IMG/VR virus record: IMGVR_UViG_3300044611_001018
Reading direction: 5' to 3' (one strand)
Length of the DNA: 64,000 nt
Source of the DNA: a virus
Taxonomy: Duplodnaviria; Caudoviricetes
The first letter of the stretch is position 1, and each line of letters starts with the position of its first letter. Both the position numbers and the translations under genes were made by a program. This document shows positions 57,637 to 64,000 of this stretch, piece by piece. The notes beneath the pieces were generated by a model. It had not been told where the DNA came from and did no database searches. It saw nothing but the letters and a program-made list of their open reading frames with translations.

Positions 57637-57971
57637 CCCTCTGTTTTGTTGACCTGATCCTTCATTTGTTGAATCAGTTTTTCCATATTTGAAAAAATAA
57701 TATTCATGTCCATTCCTTCTGGAAGTCCCATTGCCATTGCAGATTTAGATATATTTTCCTTCATCTTTTTTGCCTCTGGATCATCCGACAGAGACAATCT
57801 TGTATATAATACTTTTTGCTTCTCAAGCAAATCTTGGAGTACATTTACATGTTCAAGTTTTCCTTCCCTATCCATCTTAAAAAACTTGAACATATTATCG
57901 TATAGTTTTTCCTGAAGTTCGTTAATATGTGCAATTTCGGAGCGAACAACTTCAGAATCAAAAAAACTCAT
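57633..57971 (-). CDS. Conserved cyanophage protein (DUF1825-like)
   Basis: FFDSEVVR...LLEKQKVLYTRLSLSDDPEAK. Confidence 0.7.
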   Translation of the reverse strand: MSFFDSEVVRSEIAHINELQEKLYDNMFKFFKMDREGKLEHVNVLQDLLEKQKVLYTRLSLSDDPEAKKMKENISKSAMAMGLPEGMDMNIIFSNMEKLIQQMKDQVNKTEG

Positions 57972-58555
57972 AATACACACTCCTTTAAAATTTTCTTATA
58001 CTTGAATATATCAATATTTAGGAAGGAATTGTATTTTTTGATATTTTTTGAGACCAATTGCCAAACTGGATCTATCAATTTTTTATCAAAATCATTCCCA
58101 AAGAGAAATATTCTGTCATATATGACCATAGTTTCTATGCTAATTTTGCCATTTAAGAATTTTTTAAGTAAAGGTGGATGTCCCTTTGAGCAATCAAAAA
58201 CTTCTTTAAACTTATGCTCTGTAAACAAATCGGTAGTCTCTTCTTTAAAGATATATGCCAAAGACTCTTTTTTCTTCTTCCAATTGTTATACACAGATTC
58301 ACCTTCTCTAATTATTTGACCAATCCAAAGAGAATCTGCGTCTCCAGAGGAAACAAAATTAGCAACAAAAAAATCAATAATCTCTTTATCATTTTTTTGC
58401 CTACCTAACTTCTCAAACCAATATCTATCCTTCCTTTTATAAAAGGATTGCAAAGAGGCACGAGTTTTACCACAATACTTATGATAATCGTAATTATCTT
58501 TTGTAAAGTGATTTTTTAACGAAAGATATGTCTTATATACGTCAAACGGAGTCAT
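57968..58555 (-). CDS. gp59: Helicase loader gp59
   Basis: FDVYKTYLSLKNHF, YDYHKY, RKDRYWFEKL, ISIETMVI. Confidence 0.92.
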   Translation of the reverse strand: MTPFDVYKTYLSLKNHFTKDNYDYHKYCGKTRASLQSFYKRKDRYWFEKLGRQKNDKEIIDFFVANFVSSGDADSLWIGQIIREGESVYNNWKKKKESLAYIFKEETTDLFTEHKFKEVFDCSKGHPPLLKKFLNGKISIETMVIYDRIFLFGNDFDKKLIDPVWQLVSKNIKKYNSFLNIDIFKYKKILKECVL

Positions 58556-58615
58556 AATTTTAGAAGGGGGGTTTTCAAAATTTTCCCCGCGATGTTTTTT
58601 TCGACTTTTTTTGAA

Positions 58616-58885
58616 TCAAAAAACCAATTTTGCTCTAGAAGTCCTCTTTAAGAAGTTTAATTCCATCGCATCATACTTAATCTTTTCCTTTAAAGGTTTT
58701 GATATAAGTTTCGGAACTGATTCTAAATCAATACTATTCTTTTCACAGAAATGAATAATAGCATCAATATAATTCATATCTTTGTTATTTTTAACTAGAA
58801 CCTCAATCTCTTGAGCAAATTTTGTCGGGCAAAAAAACTTCTTCTCTAATACCCTTTCAAACTCGTCTTCTAGTTTAACTGGCAT
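58616..58885 (-). CDS. gp33: Late-transcription coactivator gp33
   Basis: FAQEIE...NYIDAI...LISKPLKEKIKYDAMELNFLK; start revised. Confidence 0.92.
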   Translation of the reverse strand: MPVKLEDEFERVLEKKFFCPTKFAQEIEVLVKNNKDMNYIDAIIHFCEKNSIDLESVPKLISKPLKEKIKYDAMELNFLKRTSRAKLVF

Positions 58886-59555
58886 AGCTTTCCAATTTGT
58901 AGTTAAGAAACTCTCTAGTGTATTCCATGAGTAGTTTAATGTATTTTGTTTTGTCGTATTCTTCATAAACAACGCATTCTCCATTTTCACATGCCATAAT
59001 AATGACAAGTTTTTTTACTTGTAGTCCTGTCAATTCGTACAGCATACATCCATACGCCATACACTGTACAAAATAATGTTCAATCCACTCTACTGGTTTA
59101 GGTTTTTTTGATGTCTTGAAATCAATGATGGCAAGTTCCCCATCAAACTCAGCGATACAGTCTACAGTTCCAGCAATTCCTAGAACCTTGCTGTACATTG
59201 AACCTTCAAGTGCATGAATATTATTTATTCGATTTAGATCTGGTTGTGCAATTTTGAATAAAAATTCCGACAGTGGTTGAACCTTTGGAAGTTCTTCGTT
59301 TTTGAGATGATGCTCTGTCAAAAGGTGCATGTCAGTTCCACGACTTGTTGCTTGTCGTGTAATTTTATCTGCCTTCTCTGCACCAATTTTTTTACGCCAG
59401 TCCGCAAAGAACTGGCGATTTTTGTGACTAGTAACAGAAGTGATAGAGACTAGTTTTAATAGTTCGTTCTCTTCAGGAACAAAATAATATCGAACACCAT
59501 CTATAGTCTCCCTCTTAAGTTGAGGGAGTTTCAAATCAACGTGATTAAACATCAA
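58875..59555 (-). CDS. PD-(D/E)xK exonuclease (cyanophage exonuclease A-like)
   Basis: SITSV, RGTDMH, AGTVDCIAE, IIDFKTS, YFVQ. Confidence 0.85.
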   Translation of the reverse strand: MMFNHVDLKLPQLKRETIDGVRYYFVPEENELLKLVSITSVTSHKNRQFFADWRKKIGAEKADKITRQATSRGTDMHLLTEHHLKNEELPKVQPLSEFLFKIAQPDLNRINNIHALEGSMYSKVLGIAGTVDCIAEFDGELAIIDFKTSKKPKPVEWIEHYFVQCMAYGCMLYELTGLQVKKLVIIMACENGECVVYEEYDKTKYIKLLMEYTREFLNYKLESYAS

Positions 59556-60307
59556 AATCCCAATTCGTGTTTTGCAATTAAGTATTCTTTACAGAGACCA
59601 GAACGAACGATATCCTCAAGACCAAACTCAACAATATCAAACGAAGGCATAACTCTAAGAATTTTCATAAAGTCAATAATACCATTTCTTTCATTGGTTT
59701 TTTGCAAGTCGGATTGAGTTGCATCACCACAGAAACAAATTTTAGTATTCTCACCAGACCTTGTAATTATACTATCAAGTTCATGGAAATTCAAGTTTTG
59801 GAATTCATCTACAATAATAATTGCTTTGTCTAACGTAGTTCCTCTAAGGAATGAAGTAGACCAAAAACTAACCGTGCCCTGAGTCTTTAGGTTGCCATAA
59901 AGCATTTCAAAATCAGCATCTGTTGCCATCTGGAACATGTATTTGACCATGTTCTTGTATGGAATCTGATAGATATCTGCTTTATCCTCATGTGTACCAG
60001 GAAGGAATCCGATTTCTCTAGTGGCAACAAGAGATCTTACGATATAAATTTTTTCATACGGTGTTGATTCATCAAGAACATCCTTCAAAGCGTTATAAAA
60101 AGTGATGAATGTCTTTCCAGTTCCAGCGGCACCATATGCAACTAAATTCTTATCATTATCAAACGTCTCAAACAATTTAGATTGATTATCGTTGAGAGGT
60201 TCAATATCAAGAAGAAAATCCATATTAATTGGTTTTCTTCTTTTCATTTGCTTAGCAGTCATGCCAACACCAATTGGTTGTAAATCGGGTCTTCTCTTTC
60301 TTGCCAT
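59552..60307 (-). CDS. phoH: PhoH-family ATPase
   Basis: GAAGTGKT, RSLV, IGFLPG, FLRGTTL, IVDEFQN, GDATQSDL; start revised to MARKRR. Confidence 0.95.
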   Translation of the reverse strand: MARKRRPDLQPIGVGMTAKQMKRRKPINMDFLLDIEPLNDNQSKLFETFDNDKNLVAYGAAGTGKTFITFYNALKDVLDESTPYEKIYIVRSLVATREIGFLPGTHEDKADIYQIPYKNMVKYMFQMATDADFEMLYGNLKTQGTVSFWSTSFLRGTTLDKAIIIVDEFQNLNFHELDSIITRSGENTKICFCGDATQSDLQKTNERNGIIDFMKILRVMPSFDIVEFGLEDIVRSGLCKEYLIAKHELGF

Positions 60308-60333
60308 AAGAATTTTAAAATTAATAGGGTTTA

Positions 60334-61446
60334 TTATCCACCAAGAAATAAATTCTTTAATGGATACTTTGTTTTTTTGTTTAGGAGATGATGCCAAACA
60401 TATTTGGCACCACCAACAGCAGTTCCACCATCATGAGATAATGGGTCAACATAAAAATTGACATTTGGAAATGCTTTAATATACTCATAATTATTAACAC
60501 AGTTTAAAAAGTAACCACCAGATAAAACAATGTTATTTGTTTGAACTTTATCAAGTAACATCTGTATTAGTCTAATAGTATGCTCTTTAGTTTCATTCTG
60601 TAGTTTTTTTGCAAGATTTGAATTTTGTTCAAAAGTTGGGTTTTTTAAAAAAGATTCATCAAAATTAGGATTTACATCATCATTTTCATAAATCTTTCTA
60701 ATAGTATTTAATACATTTTTATTGTTAGTATACCATCGATCCGTTTTTTGATCATAATCAAACCAAACATCATTATCAAGTTCACTTGAATTACCATAAG
60801 GTGCTAACCCCATAATCTTACCAGCAGAATGTAGTCTAGTAACTGCAGCAATAGAGTTAAACAACCAACCACAACTTCCAGTTGAAGATAAAATTTTATT
60901 ATCCTCAATTTCAAATGGTGGATCAAAGTAAGTAATACAACTTGGAGTAAAAACTTGACTAATCAATTCACACTTTCCAGTCTCTGAAAAGTAAAACATA
61001 GATTCAGATTCTCTATTGCGTATGTAATCTCTAACATATGCACCACCACCATCTAAAACTAATGCAGCCGCCTCATTAAATTCTGACCCATAAAAAGCAC
61101 TACATGCATGATACAAATGATGTTCCAGATAATAATGCTCTTCTCCGTAAGTTATTGTCCATTGAGATAATTGTTTTTTAACCTCCTCAATCATCTCCTT
61201 ATCAGATTCTTCAGCATAAAAATCTTCTGTATAACTATCACCTCTACAAAAGGATACAAAGATAATGTGGTCAAGATGTTTTGTATACTTTAAAATATCA
61301 GTGATAGAACGAATATAACTTTTTAACGTCCATGGTTCTTCCTTTCTTTTGTTCCATCTATCATCTTCCAAATAATATATGAGTTCTCCATCTTTAAGAA
61401 GAGCAAGAGATGGATGGTGTGATATGTTAACTCCAAGGATGTACAT
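60334..61446 (-). CDS. Carbamoyltransferase N-terminal (Kae1-like) domain as a standalone gene
   Basis: ILGVNISHHPS, HHLYHACSA, LDGGG, GKIMGLAPYG, LSGGYFLNC, HDGGTAVG. Confidence 0.88.
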   Translation of the reverse strand: MYILGVNISHHPSLALLKDGELIYYLEDDRWNKRKEEPWTLKSYIRSITDILKYTKHLDHIIFVSFCRGDSYTEDFYAEESDKEMIEEVKKQLSQWTITYGEEHYYLEHHLYHACSAFYGSEFNEAAALVLDGGGAYVRDYIRNRESESMFYFSETGKCELISQVFTPSCITYFDPPFEIEDNKILSSTGSCGWLFNSIAAVTRLHSAGKIMGLAPYGNSSELDNDVWFDYDQKTDRWYTNNKNVLNTIRKIYENDDVNPNFDESFLKNPTFEQNSNLAKKLQNETKEHTIRLIQMLLDKVQTNNIVLSGGYFLNCVNNYEYIKAFPNVNFYVDPLSHDGGTAVGGAKYVWHHLLNKKTKYPLKNLFLGG

Positions 61447-61448
61447 AA

Positions 61449-62033
61449 TCAGTCATTTAAACAAGTGTATAATTTATTTTCTTCTGGAAGATAAAGATAC
61501 TCTATACGACTATTAGAGATAGTGGTAAGAGCATCATAAAGAGTATGGCAAATTACTTCTCCCGCAAGATTAAACGAAGTATTAAACAACATTGGAATGT
61601 TTGTTCTACTATAAAAGGTTTTAATTAAATTATAGTAGTGATAATTTTGTTCTTCAGTTACAGTTTGAATTCTGCAAGTATCGTCAACATGAAGAACTCC
61701 TGGAATTAATTCTTTTTTTTCTTCTTTAACTGGAATTGCATACATCATAAACGGAGATTCTTTTATAGTCAACATTTCAAACCATTCATGAGCATGTTCA
61801 AGTAAGACTGAGGCAGCAAATGGTCTCCACCACTCTCTTCTTTTTACCGAATTAACAAATTCTTTAGCATCAGAATCTCTAGGGTCATAAAGAATAGACC
61901 TATTACCTAAAGCTCTTGGTCCTGCTTCAGTTTTACCTTGAAAGATTGAAACAATATTTTTTTTATCTATTAGATCTACAATGTCTGAGTACGTAACATT
62001 ATATTGTTCCGTTGTTTTATCATTCCCAACCAT
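61449..62033 (-). CDS. Carbamoyltransferase C-terminal (YrdC-like) domain as a standalone gene
   Basis: FQGKTEAGPRALGNRSIL, KRREWWRPFA, HVDDTCRIQTV, FNTSFNLAGE. Confidence 0.9.
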   Translation of the reverse strand: MVGNDKTTEQYNVTYSDIVDLIDKKNIVSIFQGKTEAGPRALGNRSILYDPRDSDAKEFVNSVKRREWWRPFAASVLLEHAHEWFEMLTIKESPFMMYAIPVKEEKKELIPGVLHVDDTCRIQTVTEEQNYHYYNLIKTFYSRTNIPMLFNTSFNLAGEVICHTLYDALTTISNSRIEYLYLPEENKLYTCLND

Positions 62034-62035
62034 GA

Positions 62036-62278
62036 TTAAATCTTTTTCACATTAGATTTTGGTGCTCTAGATGCCTTCTCAAGAACATCATTCCACCCAG
62101 GGTGCTTTTTAATCAATTGGTCTTTCCATTCACCAACCTCACCAGTAGAAGCACAACCTTCAGACCAATCTCGTCTCCATTCTGGGTTATCTTTATACCA
62201 CTGCATAATATCATTAACACTCATTTCAACGACCTTTTTTTCTCCAGTCTCAACATGAATAATAGGATAAATTGCCAT
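62036..62278 (-). CDS. Conserved T4-like cyanophage hypothetical protein
   Basis: MAIYP...ETGE...W...NP.W...GWNDVL pattern, usual between thyX and phoH. Confidence 0.6.
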   Translation of the reverse strand: MAIYPIIHVETGEKKVVEMSVNDIMQWYKDNPEWRRDWSEGCASTGEVGEWKDQLIKKHPGWNDVLEKASRAPKSNVKKI

Positions 62279-62303
62279 AACTTCTATAATAAAGATAACT
62301 TAT

Positions 62304-63020
62304 TTATTGGATGATAATAGATGGGGCATCAATACATTCTGGACAGTTCTCTGGTTCCCAACCAAGTGCTTTAGCAATATCAGGGAACTGACAGATAAAG
62401 ACGCAACGTGCTGCTTCTGCGATGTCCATATGCTCCTTCTGAGTGCCGTGAGCAGAGCGTAGGTCAATATAATGGATCCATGACCTTACAGAACCCTTCA
62501 TGTAGATTCTGGTGGGGGTTGCGAGTGGAAGCACAAACCTTGCACATTCCTTTGCAACACCTGCATCAAGCATCTTATCGTAAAGGCGTTGTGATTCTTC
62601 AAAGTGCTGTTCAATCATTCCCTCAAACTTTTCCCTTACATGTTCATCCAAATCATTAGTTGAGTTCTGACGATTCTTTTCGTCTTGCCTGCGAAGTTCA
62701 GGAACCTCAGGAAGATCAGTAAGTAGTTTTGTATCTGCGTAACGTTGTGAAAATTCCTGATATGTGAAGGACCTATGACGAAGCACTTGAGCTGCGATAC
62801 CACGAGTCGTATTGATTTCAAGAGTCATATCTGCTTGCTCGAAGATAGACCAATGATTTTGCTTAATACAATAACGAAGAAGTCCAGCAGCAGTATCAAA
62901 TTTAAGTTGATTACTTGGATTGCTTACACGAGCATTGTATGTAATTACTTCCTGTGCAGACTTTCCAGCAAGTTCTCCTGCACCTTGAGTAACAGCAATC
63001 AATTTAACAATATTAGACAT
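62304..63020 (-). CDS. thyX: Flavin-dependent thymidylate synthase
   Basis: ARVS, HWSIFEQ, QVLRHRSFTYQEFSQRY, ECARFVLP, RSWIHY. Confidence 0.96.
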   Translation of the reverse strand: MSNIVKLIAVTQGAGELAGKSAQEVITYNARVSNPSNQLKFDTAAGLLRYCIKQNHWSIFEQADMTLEINTTRGIAAQVLRHRSFTYQEFSQRYADTKLLTDLPEVPELRRQDEKNRQNSTNDLDEHVREKFEGMIEQHFEESQRLYDKMLDAGVAKECARFVLPLATPTRIYMKGSVRSWIHYIDLRSAHGTQKEHMDIAEAARCVFICQFPDIAKALGWEPENCPECIDAPSIIIQ

Positions 63021-63596
63021 TTAACTCTCCAAATAATTTTTAAAAATTTCTAAAGCAGAATCCCAGTGTATAAACTGTCCCGCTTGGTTGACTGGAACAA
63101 AGCATAACGTCCATCTACCATGCGGTGTGGGATTATTTGTACCGTGCAAAACACCCACGTTAACTAAACTAGGTCGATTTGTATTTGCCTCATAAAGAAG
63201 TTCAGAATCTTCCTCATTTGCCCAAAGATTATCATGGTATTCATCGGTGCTACCCTGATAACCATTCAGTTGCATTCTTTTAGTTTTATCAGACTTCCAC
63301 CATTGTATCACACCTTCTTCAGGTCCCCAAGACATATTAATCTTGGCATGATTTGTATAGTGACCATGATCGGTATGAATCGGAATCTTAGAGAATGGTG
63401 GGGTATAAAATACTTCTTTAAGATGAAGAGTCAATCCAAGGTCAACAAAAAATTCTTCCATTGGATAGAATGGATAATCATTAATATAAAAATGTCTGAT
63501 TTGATTACCCTGTTCCTTAAATAACGGAAGAGGACCAATAGTGAAAGGTAAGTTAAGGTATCTATGATAGGTATTAATCGCAGTATCCATCGTCAT
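63021..63596 (-). CDS. Putative 2OG-Fe(II)/cupin oxygenase
   Basis: IPIHTD (HxD)...LVNVGVLHGT...RWTLCF. Confidence 0.6.
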   Translation of the reverse strand: MTMDTAINTYHRYLNLPFTIGPLPLFKEQGNQIRHFYINDYPFYPMEEFFVDLGLTLHLKEVFYTPPFSKIPIHTDHGHYTNHAKINMSWGPEEGVIQWWKSDKTKRMQLNGYQGSTDEYHDNLWANEEDSELLYEANTNRPSLVNVGVLHGTNNPTPHGRWTLCFVPVNQAGQFIHWDSALEIFKNYLES

Positions 63597-63756
63597 CCTC
63601 AAAGACTTCATCGTAATCGGTTATACTATAATCATATTCTTGTACATAACTTTCTGTATCTGAAAGAACTTCAGATTCTATTTCTTCAATAAGTTGTTTA
63701 AGAGTATTAATTAATAGCTTTAGCTTTTCTCTATCCATTTTTATTAACCTCAACAA
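63574..63756 (-). CDS. Small acidic hypothetical protein
   Basis: 60-aa ORF directly downstream of a promoter. Confidence 0.6.
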   Translation of the reverse strand: MLRLIKMDREKLKLLINTLKQLIEEIESEVLSDTESYVQEYDYSITDYDEVFEDDDGYCD

Positions 63757-63761
63757 AGGTA

Positions 63762-63790
63762 ATTATAGATAAAAAAAAGAGGGGAGTCAA
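63762..63790 (-). promoter_or_regulatory. Sigma70 promoter overlapping a terminator
   Basis: TTGACT-N17-TATAAT. Confidence 0.75.
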
Positions 63791-63801
63791 GTCCCCTCTT
63801 T
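63771..63801 (-). terminator. Intrinsic terminator
   Basis: AAAGAGGGGA-CTTGAC-TCCCCTCTTT followed by further T residues. Confidence 0.8.
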
Positions 63802-64000
63802 ATATTAAGCAATTTGTGGTTGTTTTGCCATATTTAACTGTGCAGCTTTAAGAAGACTTTCCTTCTTTGCTTTTTTCTTGAGGTAACGAACGAAGTAAGT
63901 ATTCATTTTACATTACCTCCCTTTGACTTTTCCATAGAGAATTTGTTTCCATTTTCATCCACCCAGAACATTGTTCCGCGATAGATTTCTACATGAGGTT

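Noticed and set aside
1-64000. CRISPR array or mini-array
   Set aside because: No regularly spaced identical repeats with unique spacers were seen; the repeats found are two-copy or junction motifs.
63804-64000. Short ORFs at the right window edge
   Set aside because: Truncated or under 35 aa, and the frame cannot be decided from this window.
1-64000. Photosynthesis genes (psbA/psbD/hli), integrase, transposase, rRNA
   Set aside because: None recognised; the cyanophage assignment rests on CP12, gene order and conserved hypotheticals.

Overview
A 64-kb segment of a T4-like cyanomyovirus genome (Kyanoviridae-type). Evidence: CP12, PhoH, ThyX, and T4 core genes gp2/4/5/26/32/33/48/51/53/54/59 in cyanophage-like order. 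Almost everything is on the minus strand; the exceptions are 37007..37747 and 51575..56583. Layout: (i) 1-11 kb, densely overlapping small early ORFs, a recurring promoter motif, a duplicated three-gene cassette, and a Dam + PD-(D/E)xK nuclease pair. (ii) 11-28 kb, an accessory enzyme island: 2OG-Fe(II) oxygenases, two radical SAM paralogs, a NodU-type carbamoyltransferase, two SGNH-like paralogs, an RNA ligase/HNH/phosphatase trio, an SF2 helicase and a split methyltransferase. (iii) 28-39 kb, a 1942-aa fibre protein, an oxygenase-fold fusion with an HxG metal site, three tRNAs and a glycosyltransferase-like gene. (iv) 39-56.6 kb, baseplate/tail genes, including a gp53 with a ~570-aa insertion. 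(v) 56.6-64 kb, replication/late-transcription genes, PhoH, a second carbamoyltransferase that is split and order-swapped, and ThyX. The best leads are the halogenase-like HxG oxygenase, the radical SAM/carbamoyltransferase/SGNH tailoring pathway, two enzymes split with the C-half gene first, and a six-copy promoter motif, two copies of which lie inside a duplicated coding sequence. All functional calls rest on motif recognition by eye; no searches were run.
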